From assembly GCA_963514005.1 (NCBI GenBank), contig OY740798.1, positions 41,788,001 to 41,852,000 on the forward strand: a stretch of DNA of 64,000 nt. Direction: 5' to 3'. Shown piece by piece: positions 23,878 to 36,700 of this stretch. Below the pieces are notes generated by a model. The model made no database searches. It saw nothing but the letters and a program-made list of their open reading frames with translations, and was not told the origin of the DNA. This stretch comes from Raja brachyura. Taxonomy: Eukaryota. Every line of letters starts with the position of its first letter. Position 1 is the first letter of the stretch. Position numbers and translations under genes: made by a program.

Positions 23878-24272
23878 TGGTCGGCGGCGATACTACTCCG
23901 GGCCTGTGCGGTGGAGGGTGGGGAGCAGCCGCGCCGGGTACCCGAACCCTTGGCGCTGAGGATGGGGCTGGGTCTCGGAGCAGTGGCAGTGCTGCTGTGG
24001 GCCCACGGCGAGGGAAAGGAGCGAGACCCAGGGCAAGGACTAGGCCACAGCCTCTGCCTCCCCTCCCCCAGCCCGAGGTCGCTCGAACCGTTCCCCCCCG
24101 ATAGCCCCGCCTCAAGTACAACTTCATTGCCGACGTGGTGGAGAAAACGGGGCCGCCGGTGGTTTACATTGAAATCCTGGGGAGCTGAGGAGGAAGGTGG
24201 GGCGACGGAGGGAGAGGGAGGGGAAAGTGGGGGAAGTGAGGAGGAAGAGTGGGGGGGGGGGGGGGGGGGGGG
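23878..24272 (+). pseudogene. HTRA2: Frameshifted fragment of HTRA2/Omi exon 1 plus the probable start of intron 1
   Basis: 24111-24184 encodes [24 protein letters not shown] (human HTRA2: [24 protein letters not shown]). Across a 1-nt frameshift it is preceded by EPFPPDSP and the TM-like LALRMGLGLGAVAVLLW. It is followed by AG|CTGAGG (GT donor changed to CT) and a G-rich tract. Confidence 0.85.
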
Positions 24273-24377
24273 AGGATACCATTCAACCAACCAAAAATAA
24301 AATTAAAAATTCAGCCACTGACCATCAAACACAAATAAAAAGTGATGCCAAGATAAATTTATTATTCTTTATTGCAG

Positions 24378-24502
24378 AACCGCATTTGCCAAAAGAGGAA
24401 CAATTACTATGGTAGCAAAGCCAGATCCAAACATTGAACTAGGACAGTATTTAGGCCTTACCACCACAGATGTTTATAAGATTAACAAACTGTACAACTG
24501 TG
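24378..24502 (+). CDS. Astacin-CUB metalloprotease, last protease-domain exon
   Basis: ttgcAG acceptor and GTATGT donor; in phase. Encodes TAFAKRGTITMVAKPDPNIELGQYLGLTTTDVYKINKLYNC, the astacin C-terminus. Confidence 0.93.
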
Positions 24503-24621
24503 GTATGTATAATATTTATAATATATTTAAGATTATCTTTGTGATCTTTGGATAAGCAACTTTATAATTAAAGTAGGAATGATCTGATACCATTGAGGAA
24601 GGCAGCTTGCAGGGAGCATTA

Positions 24622-25115
24622 NNNNNNNNNNNNNNNNNNNNNNNNNNNNNNNNNNNNNNNNNNNNNNNNNNNNNNNNNNNNNNNNNNNNNNNNNNNNNNN
24701 NNNNNNNNNNNNNNNNNNNNNNNNNNNNNNNNNNNNNNNNNNNNNNNNNNNNNNCATACTAGCCCTCTGGAAACCAGTCCCTTCAGCCCATAGCACCCAT
24801 ACTAGCGCTCCAGAAATCCCCCCCCCCCCCCCCCCCCCCAACTGGCCACCAATATTGGAATTGGTGGAGAGGTGGAATATTGCGTTGGGGTCCACACATG
24901 CGCATATATAAATATATAGATATATTTATACACACACATGCATACATACATATATATGCGCNNNNNNNNNNNNNNNNNNNNNNNNNNNNNNNNNNNNNNN
25001 NNNNNNNNNNNNNNNNNNNNNNNNNNNNNNNNNNNNNNNNNNNNNNNNNNNNNNNNNNNNNNNNNNNNNNNNNNNNNNNNNNNNNNNNNNNNNNNNNNNN
25101 NNNNNNNNNNNNNNN
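24622..25115. other. Two assembly gaps (24622-24754 and 24962-25115) flanking a short repeat fragment
   Basis: N runs. Confidence 0.95.
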
Positions 25116-25919
25116 GCAAAATCTGAATTTATTTACGAGTCACCAGAAGGAATTTGGGAAAAATATGGAAGCAAATTTGACGCGGAGAAACAAGACTTTG
25201 TTAAAGAGAAACAGCATCAACATTATGTTCAGTGATATGTAATGTGAATGTTTAACTGTATAACGTAAATGTAAATGGTTTGCATCCTACCAAGGACATC
25301 CTCTTGAGAGATGCAACGTTTGAAGTCAGTTTGTAATTCTAAGTAGGGTGAATAAATCCAGAAGTATTTGGATTTTCGAAAACCATTGATAGAGGAAATT
25401 CTATAATGTCACTCGTATGAAAAAAGAAGTATGCATTTCTATCTTGTAATAGTAGCAATATGCTCTTCATTTCTTTTCAACTGTTCCTCTTTTTTCTATA
25501 TCTTCCCGTGAACTGCAACATTTAAAAATCACCACCTCCCTCGCTCACTTTCACGATTTTGCTTGGGAAGACAAAAACCCTCACATTTTCTTAACTCCAG
25601 CTGAATATTACACAATGTTCAATTCCACTGTAAAAATGAAGTAGCTCATACTGAGCAAAAGTCAGAGAAACACAACATTTCAAATGGTGGAATCTGGTGG
25701 AGTGCTGTCAGCACACCAATCAGTATCTGGAGAAAGAATGTACAGATGACGTTTTAGGTTGGGACCTTTGTTCAGACATTGTAGTATTGGAGAAAGCTGG
25801 TAAAAAAGAGTTGGGGAAGGACAAAACCCAACAAGTGATAAGTGGATGCAGGTGAGAGGGGTTTGATTGACAGATGCCAATGGTAGTAAGTCTGGGTCCA
25901 ATCATTGTCCAACAGCAGG

Positions 25920-27260
25920 GAGCATTTACAGACATTTTTAACCTCTCACTGCTCTGCTCTGAGATACCCACTTGCTTCAAGAAGACCAGAAAAGCAATAT
26001 CTCATGCCTTAATGACTACTGTCCAGTGGCTTTGACATCTACCATCATTAAGTGCTTCAAGAGGCATTAACTCCAGCCAATCAAGCAGCCTTGATCCACT
26101 GCATAACAGTTCTGAAACTGATGCCACCTTCCTAGTCCGGCACTCATCTCTGGAACACTTGGATAAGAAGGACATCTACATCAGATTCCTATTCACTAAT
26201 TATAGCGTTCCTATCAATACCATTATCCTAACCAAGCTCATCTCCATATACGTGGAACTTGGTTTTAGCAACTGAAGCTGGAACAGTAAGCTCTGAAACT
26301 GGGTCGTCTCCTTCCAGACCCACTGACCACAATCAGTGAGGATAGATGGCAAATCATCCTCCATAATAATTCTCAACATTGGTGCCAACAAGGATGCATT
26401 CTCAAAACCTACTATAATCCTTATACACTCACGATTGTGCAACCAAATACCAATCATACACTCACGATTGTGCAACCAAATACCAATCTAACTCAATCAA
26501 CAAGATTGCAGATGACAGCACTGTAGTGGACCCGGATATTGAACAATAACGAGGATGAGTACTGAAGCTGATTGAGAATCCTGTAACTAGGTGCAAAGAC
26601 AAACGGGGTAGGTGTTTGACTTCAACTTCGTAAAAAATAAATATCACCGGCCATTTGACCTGGATCAGCCACATCAAAGCCATGGCCAAGAATGCTTCTA
26701 CTTCCTTAGAAGGCATAAGAGGTTTGGCATGTCTCTAACAACATTCAACACTTCTAGAGATGTGCCGTAGAAAGTATCTTCTTGGCCATCATCCATGACC
26801 ACAAGAAATTGCAGAGATCGTGGCCATAGCGCAAACATCACCCAAACCAGCCTCCCTTCTATCGATTCTACATTTAACCTGCCTCGGCAAGGCCATCAGG
26901 ATAATCAAAGATCAGTCTTACCCTGGTTACTCCCTCTATTCCCCCTCACCCACCAGACAGGAGATACAGAATTTGGAAATGCATACCTCCAGATTCAGGA
27001 ACAGTTTCTTGCCAGTGTTATCAGGCCACTAAACAGTTCTTTCATCAGCTAGAGCATGGTCCTGATCTCCCATCTATCTTATTGGTGACCTTTAAATGAC
27101 CTTTAATTGGACTTCACTATTGTATCTTTGCCCTAAATATTGTATCCTTTATTTGTGCACTGTAGATGATTTGATAGTATTCATATATAGTCTTTTTTGT
27201 TTTACTGGTTAGCATGTAAAACTTTTCATGGCATCTCTGTATACGTGACAATAATAGTAA
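25920..27260 (+). mobile_element. Degenerate Rex1/Babar LINE 3' half
   Basis: [12 protein letters not shown] and KIADDSTVV-like motifs; C-terminal HTSRFRNSF; perfect 33-bp tandem duplication at 26423-26488. Confidence 0.75.
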
Positions 27261-27999
27261 ACTAAAAAATTGGCTCAGTCCTACCTTCTTAAAGACAATT
27301 TAAAGTGTTTTTTAAAAAAAAGCTGGACTCAAATACAAATAAAAAGATAATTATAGAGGCTAAGAGAGTCTTACTGGTACCCATGAAGCATTAATTCCCC
27401 CTAATTGAAGCATGTGACCCTTGCTAAGCCTAGCACTGTCCCCATCTTGCTTTCTTTATACCTGATATATTTGTCTCAGCCTCCCTTCTGTCTAACTAGC
27501 CCTTGATTTGTCATCTATAACACTTTTAAAACAGGAAGGTCCAGTGATATCTCCATGTGCCAGATCCTGCATGTAATAGGATTCATCTGGCCACTGTGTG
27601 TAAGGTTCAACATTGCTGGGCATTGTGACATGAAATACAAGGTGCTCCTTTAAAATCTAACTACACCTTTTTAAACTTTGTGCTGCAGCGATGTTGCCCA
27701 GTTTGTCCCATCAATCATTGCTTCTTAACATTCTCCCATTTACTGTGAATTTGTGTGCATACGGACAGAATTCCACTGTTAACCAGTTACATTTTCTGCT
27801 TGTTTGCAAATAAGAATTTTATTAGGAGGATAGTACAGTGCTTCTGTATAGTGACATTGTTAAAATTGAGTGAGATCAAAGGTTCAGCTAATTGGCATAG
27901 GTAATAGAATGGGGACGGGTTCTTGGAAGATCCTGATGGGGTTGGGGTGTTGGAAATGAGAATGTTGCTTCTCTAGAATGGAACTGAGGCCTGTAGTTA

Positions 28000-30900
28000 C
28001 AGTATTGGTTGATTATTGTCACATGTACTGAGATGCAGTGAAAAGCTTTAGTTTACATGCTATCCAGTCAAATGAAATGATACTACACATAAGTTTACTT
28101 AAGCCATAAATCAGTACAGCAGGTAGTGCTGAGAGAAAATTACCATAATGCAGAATATAGTATATAGAATAAACACCAGTGTTCACAATGAGTAGGTTGG
28201 AAGATTCTAGCTTATGAGAGGATTGTTCAGTAGTCTGATAGCAGCAGGAAAGAAGCTTTTGCTGACTCTGGTTGTACGTGCTTTCAAGCTTTTGTCTCCG
28301 GCCTCTCAGGAGAGAAAGAAGAGGGAAAAACTAGGGTGAAAATGGTTCTGTTGGCTTCTTTCAGACTTCTTTTAGGTGGAATCAATTATGGCTTGTCTGT
28401 GTGATGGACTGGGCTGCATCACAATTCTGCAATTTCCCAAACTAACCATTGATGCAACGTGAAAATGTGCTTTCTATATCATCTGCCATGGACCTGCTGC
28501 ATCAGTAGGCAAACTACAGTGGATTAAGACTGGCCGGGAGACTGGTATTACTGTGCACCATCAGTAGATGTTGGTAAGAGTTTTTGGAGACATGTTGAAT
28601 GTCTGTAGTTTTCTAAGGAAATCGAGGCATTGGTATGCTTTTGTTGCCATAGGTCGAATGTGGTTCATCCAGAACAAATTGTTGGTGATATTTGGACCTT
28701 GGTGATATTTTGTAATTTGAAGATATTGTAGCGAGTCCAAACTTCATGATCAATAATACTTTATTCGGTGAGATATGTTTGACATACATGTGCGTTGGGA
28801 CTCTAACATATTGTGCCATTGCTGCTGCTGCTGAGCGAGGGTGTTGACTCAAGCTCAGCTGCCTGTTGACTGATGATCTCAAGGTTAAATCTGCAGATTT
28901 AGCAGGACACTCACCTTAACCCATGACGTCACGTGACTGTCCTCGTAACCACTGATGAGGGTTTGACTGTAAGTGGTCTGACCATCAGGTGACGCCACAG
29001 GTTTTCTCCCCCCCCCCCCCACATCGGAGCAAGGAAAATGAGCAGGAAATGTGGCAGCCAAAATTCGTAAACCCACAGGCGAAAAGGGACCGGAAGGTGC
29101 ACAAGCTTGGTCGAGGGCGGCTCCTGCAATGGGTTGTGGGCCCACTGCGACGAGTCAGGACCATGGGGCCACAGGCGCGGGCCTGGTTGGACATGGACCC
29201 ATTAGACACAGTCGCATCTCATCGACCAGCATGGGATCGTGTTCCGAGAAAGATGGCACCCAGCAACGGCTGGGAGACGTTAGCAACAATGCAAATCAAA
29301 GAAAACACAAAGAAATAAGAATAAACTAATAGCTAAACCCAGCGAGGTCATAACAGTATAAAAAGTAAAAAGATAAAAAAAATAACTACAGTGAGCAAAC
29401 AAGTCTAATGGGGTAGGAAACTAAAAATTCAAATTGTCCAATGCCTGATGAGAAACTATGCTGGAAGCTGGAAAACTGGAGGTTGCAGTGACACAATCCG
29501 ACCTGAATTGGCACTGTTGACAGTGGTCAGACTGCAGAGACACCATCTGACCTGAGGTGGCGCTGATGACGTCAGTCAGGGCAGGTCAAGCGTCACTTCC
29601 AGCCGGCCACGGTGGCCATTTTGGCCAAAGATCGTTTGATTTTGGCCGTCGCCTGCAGCGGCCATGTGGTAGTAGGCCGCGTCAGCCATTTTGCCAGCCG
29701 GACCCTCGCCGAGGCGACCTTTAGTGTTGGTCAACCGAGGTGATTCCCGGATGTGTGTGAGGTGGCCGGCATTGACGGGCGTCACCCCACCGCTGCAGGT
29801 AGGAACTCCACCCACCGTTGCTGGAGTCGTTGGAGACCAGCTGCACTGCCGCAGCCCCGGCAGAGACTGGAAGCTGCCGGGCAATCCTTCGTGGGACCGC
29901 CGATCCACGACTGGCCAAGGCTCCACCCCACTGTTGGGCCGACCACAGCTCAACCAGATGGGCACCCAGCGGCCGGAGATTTTCGAAATCCACGCTGGCG
30001 AGGAGGAGAAGAATGTCTTCTGGCACCCGCCCTGGTAGGTCCTCTCGGTCGGGAGGCTAGGCCTTGAGCAGCAGCCGGCATGGTGAAGGGCAGGCCTGAT
30101 CTCTCCCCGCTCCCGGCGCTGGCGGGCAGTGGTGCCAGTGATGCTGGGGGTGGGGGGCCTGATAAACCCGCAGCTCCTTCAGCAGCTGGTGGGGGTGCAG
30201 TGGCAGCCGTGGCCTCTCAGAACCAGTGGTTGGCTCCGAACGTGCCATGAGGGAGAGATTGGCGGCCATCAATCAAGGCCCAGATCGTGCCCATTGACCT
30301 GGGTGGCCTGCGAACGGCGAGACCAGTAACAGTAACAGGGTTGACGACAGCATTGTTCAGCAGGGCTGGGTTGTTGCAGGCATCAAGTCACCACTGTAGA
30401 GGTGGATGGTCGGCTGCGTGCCTCGGGAGAAATCACAAATCCTAATTTGGATTATCGCCGGTCACCAATGTAGCGAATCCAAACTTTGTGGTGATAGTAT
30501 TACTTTATTCAGTGAGATAAGTTTGACATGCATGTGCGTTGGGATTCAAACATTTTGAGTCATTGCTGCTGCTGCTGCTGAGCGATGGTGTAGACTCGAG
30601 CTCAGCTACCCGTTGACTGATGATCTCAAGGTAAGATCTGCTGTTGCAGCAGGGCACTCCTCTAACCCATGACGTCACTTGACAGTCCTCGTAACCAGAG
30701 TTTGACTGTAAGTGGTCTGACCATTAGGTGACGCCACACTATTGACTATTTCTATTTCGGCACCATTGATGCTGATTGGAAGATCTACTCTACCTCGCTT
30801 CCTACAGTCAATAACAAAGTTTGATGACATTGAGGAAGGGGTTGTTGTCTGGAGACCGTTAGAAAACTTTCTCCTTCTTGTATTCCATCCCACTACTCCA

Positions 30901-32130
30901 TCTCATCATTGTTCGAGATCCAGCCCCACAGTGTCATCTGCAAACTTGTAAATGGAATCAAAGCAGAATTTGGCTGCATAGGTTTGAGTATATAGGAAAC
31001 ATAGTGAGGGGCTGAGAACGCATCGTTGTGTGGAAATTATTGTGGACCTGTTTTGTCACCTATCCTCACTGATTATAGACAATACACAATAGGTGCAGGA
31101 GTAGGCCATTCGGCCCTTCGAGCCAGCACCGCCATTCAATGTGATCAAGGCTGATCATCCCCAATCGGTACCCCATTCCTGCCTTCTCCCAATATCCCCT
31201 GAATCCGCTATCTTTAAGAGCCCTATCCAGCTCTCTTGAAAGCATCCAGAGAACATGCCTCCATCACTCTTTGAGGCAGAGAATTCCTTCTAAACTCCAG
31301 AGTGTACAAGCCCAGCCGCTCCATTCTCTCAGCATATGACAGTCCCGCCATCCCAGGAATTAACCTTGATTGTTATCTATGGGTCAGAAAGTCAAGGTTT
31401 CAGCAATAGAAATGGGTGCTGACTACCAAGTCCAGAAGTTTAGAGATGAGTTTGGTTCGGATTAGTCAAAAATAGGTATCTTACTAGGCTGCCATTGACT
31501 ATGGAGAGGTGCAAGGCCAGAGAGATGGCGTCTGCCGTGGACCTGCTGTGACTGTAGGCAAACTGCGCTGGATCATTGCTGGCTGGGAGGCTGGTGTTAA
31601 TGTGCACTATCACCAGCCTTTTGAAGCACTTCACAATGGTGAATGCCAGAGCCACTGGACAATAATCATTAAGGCACACTACCTTGTTTTTCTTTGGCAC
31701 TGGTGTATGATAGTGATCTTCTTAAAATAAGACCTTAAAATAAAGCAGGAAGAGGTTAAATTTATTTGTGAATGTTCTTGCCAGTTCATCCAGCCAGGTC
31801 CTGAGGAGGCAGTTGCTCTTTGCTGTTACACTGTCAGGAATGCTGATCTGGCATCTGCCACAGTGACCATGGAAACATACGTACCCAAAGCTCTTGGGGC
31901 AGATTATGTAATTCCACTGACATTATGTTCAAATTGAGTATAGATTGCATTGAACTCATTCAGCAGGGACACACTGCTGGAGATACTACCCATCTTCACT
32001 TGGTGGCTGATTATAGCATGTCAGTCTTGCCACAATCAATTGGTGTCTATGTGGTTACCTCAGGACTTCAGCTTGGTTCAAAATTCCCTCATGGCATTTT
32101 AATGGCATAGAGACTGTCAGAAATAGATTT
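28000..32130 (-). mobile_element. Degenerate Rex1/Babar LINE interrupted by an LTR element (28727-30738) and a CR1 tail (~31077-31370)
   Basis: ORF 31440..31700 ([22 protein letters not shown]...[22 protein letters not shown]); the host sequence is continuous across the LTR insertion. Confidence 0.75.
28727..30738 (-). mobile_element. Non-autonomous Gypsy-type LTR element with gag remnant only
   Basis: Two ~270-bp TG..CA LTRs (28727-28999 and ~30469-30738); PBS-like TGGTGACC; G-rich PPT; 4-bp TSD ATAT/CTAT; gag-like PEDILLLLASVDFENLRPL; no pol. Confidence 0.8.
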
Positions 32131-32416
32131 CGTGTACAGCTGTGAGAGTGGAGGAGACTATTTCATACAATTTATAACAGAGAAATGTTAAATAAGAATA
32201 GTTTGAACAGTGAAGTAAATCATATTGATGGGGGATTGGGCACCATAGTGTATAACACTCCCATGGTGGCTATAAGTGTTTAAGACATAAAGTTAACATC
32301 TTTCTTTTCTATTCTAGATTCACCTTAAATGATTCTAGCCAAGATATTTGTAATATATTTGCAATGCATATTTGTAATATGGGGTATCAAAGCTTTGCTT
32401 TTCAAATTTTTTCCAG

Positions 32417-32535
32417 TTAAATGTGGAAATATGTTAATTAAGATGTCTGGAAGTTTTACCTCCCCAAATTTTCCAGAAAACTATCCCAACAATGCTGACT
32501 GCAGGTGGATAATTAGATCAAAACGCAAATACAAG
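32417..32535 (+). CDS. Astacin-CUB metalloprotease, CUB1 N-terminal exon
   Basis: ttttccAG acceptor and GTATGT donor. Encodes VKCGNMLIKMSGSFTSPNFPENYPNNADCRWIIRSKRKYK (CUB CG..SPNFP..YP...C.W). Confidence 0.93.
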
Positions 32536-33798
32536 GTATGTAAACACTCCTGGAAAGGGGCGAACAGAAGTAGTCTTTCTTTAACCAAAACAAGGCAGAA
32601 AGAAATGTTCACAGACATCTTTAAGTACATTTTCTTTCAATTTGTTTCTGCTTTTCACAATGAGTGCCGACAGTACTAGAAAATCAAAAATGGTTACGTT
32701 TGCTCTAAACCAATTTTTCCAGACTGGAACCCTTATGGAAAGTAAAGGTCCAATTACACCAGGTATTCCAAAATTGAATAACATAGACCACCCATTGGAA
32801 TATGAAGTGTTTTATTCATCTAATAATATACGAAGAAGGAAAAAAATGGATTGACCTTTGAAGGAGAATCCATTTGGCTGCCCTTGCAGTTCTATGTTGT
32901 TTCCAATAATTTTACCGAGCTATATTGAGATCAGAAAAGAACAGGAAAAAGACAGCATGTATAAATGTATATAAATGAGATGAGACCCAATGGCAGCAAT
33001 TCATTGGATCACTGGAGCAGCATAACTCAAATAACTTGGTCCAGCTCGAGCTAAACCATCTCTCATCCCCTCAAACTTAGCCTTACCCCAGTTGAGCATT
33101 TAAACATGTGGACACTCACCATCCCTATCCATAACTATCTTAAACCTAATCAAACTGTGGTCACTAGTCCCAAAAGGGTCCTCCACACACACTTCATTAA
33201 CTTACACTTCCCAGTTTCCCAATTCTAGATCCAGCTTTGCCCCCTCATGAGTGGGGGCCTCCACATACCCCTTAAGAAAACTCTCATCAGCCCTTTCTTG
33301 TTCCTCAGCTCCACCCATAGAGCCTCACTAGACAAACCGTCTGTAATGTCACCTCTGAACACAGCCGTGACATCCTCCTTAACCAATCCTCCTCTCCCCC
33401 CCACCCCGCCCTCTTCTTTTTCCTTTCACCCCTGTTTCTCCTGAACCCTGGAACATTGATTGAGCTGCTAGTCCTGCTCATCCCTTAAGCAGGTTTCAGT
33501 CATGGCTACCACGTCCCAGTTGCTCGTACCTATCCATGCCCTAAGATCATCAGCCTTACCCATCAGGCCCCTTGCATTAAAATACGTGCAGTTTAAACCA
33601 ACGCTCCCTCCTTGCTCTCCGCCTTTCACCTGCCTATTATGTCCACGCATTAGCAAACCTTCCAGCTAAGATTTTGGTCCGCCTCCAGTTTAGGTGTAAC
33701 CCGTCCCTTTTATACAGGTCACCGCTGCCCTGGAAGAGATCCCAATGATCCAGAAATCTGAATCCCTGTCCCCTGCACCAAATCCTCAGCCACACATT

Positions 33799-36700
33799 AA
33801 TTGTAAGATTAAATGAGAACTTACCAGTTTGACGTTTGATCTTTATTTCATGAGGAATTACGATGAGGGATTACGTGAATAACCCGTCAGCCGCGCACGC
33901 GCGTCATCCTTCAAAGCAGCAATGTGGAGCCACAGACAGGAAACATGACCTGATAATAGTAAGATTGAAGAAACTAGAACTACCAGCTGGTTTTATGAGG
34001 AGGGGTTGGGAGCGGAGGGCACGTAATCCCTCATCGTAACTCCTCATAAAATAAAGATCAAACTTCAAACTGGTATGTTCTCGTTTAACCTAAAACCCCT
34101 GTCTCACGGTGCGAGTTGGCCCACGAGTGACCCCGAGTTTTCACTCGTGGTGATCACGTACAGCCAATGTAGCGGGAACGTCGGAACTCGCGCGATCAGG
34201 TACCTGTGAAACTTGTGAACTCATGAAAAAAGTCAAACATGTTTGACTTTTTCCACGAGTCAAATTTCGTGTTCAAGTTTAAAATTGAAACATTTAGACT
34301 CGTTGTAAGAACGTAGGGCCCGTGCGTTTACCTTTGCAATTCGTGCGTCTACCGTGGGAATTCTTTAAATTATTTCAGTGCCATTCACCCTCGAGTCTTA
34401 ATCGCAAAATTTCATTCATCCTCGACTAAATATTCTTTGTTTTTTTGGTAATTTTCGTCTTATTTTCCCTTGTGTACAATTTTATATATAATGTATTTTT
34501 GTCACATGGGCAAAATTCATGAATGAACCCATTTCGTAAGTGTATATTTTATTCAGCTTTAACATCCTAAAAATATGTAAAAAAACTAGGAGTGAAAAAA
34601 AAGTTTAATTACCACAGGAGTTGGAAAATCATTCTATTAGAATGATAAAAAAAAACATTACAACATATAAACACTGGGCTTTAGCCCTATCCTACCATTT
34701 CGGGCTTTGATTACTGCAGTAATTAGATGGAAAATTAGCTGTAAAAACCATGGAGTGTGTGATTTAATATATTTTTCTCCTACTAATATCTTTCTATATC
34801 CCTCCCCGAAAGTTCACAAAACCACCAACTATCAACTTTGGTAGCTACGTTTCTACACAAAATAAAGTTACAGTTCAACAGTTGCATACAGCGATCCTCC
34901 AGTATTGCCATTTATAAATGTATGATCAAACTAGCTCATCTGGTCTTCCCTAAACAGTTATATTACAGTAAATTTGGGAAGTTTAAAAATTAGAAAACCA
35001 TAGGTATAGATAAAAAAACATATCAAAGTTCCAGCTCCATTGCCATTAAAACCAATGAGCTTACTAACCACTTTGATGGCAATGTCTTTTTTTAAGTATA
35101 GAAAACAAAATCTGGATAAATTATGTCATTCACCATTCACCCTTCACCCACCCCTCTAGTTTCATTCACTCCATAAAATAATTTCATTTGCACTTGGGTG
35201 AACCATTCACCAGTTTAAGAAGCACATTTAGCGCATTGCATCTGTAAAGTGAAATCAGACTTCAGGAAGGGTGTCCGAACTTCCGGACAGCAACGGGCCG
35301 TGCGTCGCTGCTTTCTGAGATTAATCAATGAACGTTGGATTTTCCTGACGCGTAGATTTACAACCAATAGCGATTACAAGATCACAAGTTTCCTGATTTA
35401 CAGCCTGTAAACGATCACAACCATTGCTCGGTCACAGCCCACGTTGATCAGTCCGAACTAACATTATCAGCGTGAATAGAGTATTCACAAAGTGATTTGC
35501 TTTCCAAGTACAAATAAATAGATTGCTGGGTTTTCTCCGCTCTATCTTTTGCTCAGGCGACTTTCCTCCCCTTCCATCAGTTAACGATTCACTTCTCTCC
35601 ACTATCTTTCCTCTCAGATCACATTCTCGCTCTTTTTTTTACTCAGCGGGCAGGAAGCATCACTGGAGAGAAGGAATTGGTGACGGGGTGACGATGTGCA
35701 GTTTCATTGCCCAATGAGCTCCAACTTTTTGTGTCAATCTTCGGTTTAAACCAGCATCTGCAGGCAGTTCCTGTCCTACACTTTATTCCTTTCTTGGCGT
35801 CTTCTGGCCAAGTGGGGGGGGGGGGGGGGGGGGGGGGGGGGGTGTGTGTGTGTGTGTGGCGGTTTACATTGGCATTGCCCTCTTCACATTCCCTTGTGGT
35901 GGAGAGCGCTGAGCGGTAACCCTGGGTCTTGCGGTCCAGCCAAGAGGAGGTGATGTGGACACTGTTTCAGTTAAAGTTCTAGAGGACTGGGTGCGCTCTA
36001 GAGTTCTAGAGAACTGGGTGCGCTCTTCACCATTTATGGCTCCCACCCTACAGGTTTCTGATCAGAACAACTAACTTCTTCCCTATTTCTCCTACACCCC
36101 CCCCCCTTCCCTCCCCCCCCCCCCCTCCTTCCCTCCCCCTCCCCCCCCCCTCCCCTCCCCCTTATTTCCCTCTCCTCCTCGGCGCTCTTGTTCACTCACA
36201 CCTTCCCTCCCTCTCGCAGGGCTTCGTTCAAAGGGGGCAACGAGCCAAGCGGGGTCTGAACCCTTTCTGAAAACGAGCGCAAAGAGAAAAAAAAAGTATT
36301 GTCAAGCGCTCCAAACTTTGTTTAAAATAAGTAAATGCGATCTTGGCTAATACTTAAAAAGAAATCCTTATACAAAACCGACACCCTACAAACTCTCTGT
36401 CTTTCACGCTGCCTGTTGCCTTGTGGGGGGTTTGTGTTGGAGAGAGGGGGTGTGGGTGTGGAGGGGACCCGATTACCACTATAGGATGACGAGGTTGGGC
36501 TCTGAGCTGCAGTGAGAGAGATCAGAGAGAGAGAGAGAGGGAGTGCGGGTGCGCGTCAGCAGCAAACTCATATACAACGGGCTTGTATACAACGGGCTTG
36601 TACGCGGTGGCAAGAGAAGGTTCCTTTGTTCTCGTCCGGGGCTTTAGAGAGATGGGAGAGAATTAAGCTTCCCTCACACACCACTGCTAACCCAAGAGCC

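Noticed and set aside
23878-24184. Possible functional HTRA2 gene or extra astacin exon
   Set aside because: Frameshifts, mutated donor, no start or downstream protease/PDZ exons; astacin exons 10000 and 24378 already join in frame without it.
26423-26488. Perfect 33-bp tandem duplication (similar small ones at ~35975-36025 and ~36570-36603)
   Set aside because: Inside dead TEs; ordinary slippage events.
34360-35220. AT-rich block with CATTCACCC motifs, a possible nested TIR element
   Set aside because: The terminal match is too weak and no TSD could be established by eye.
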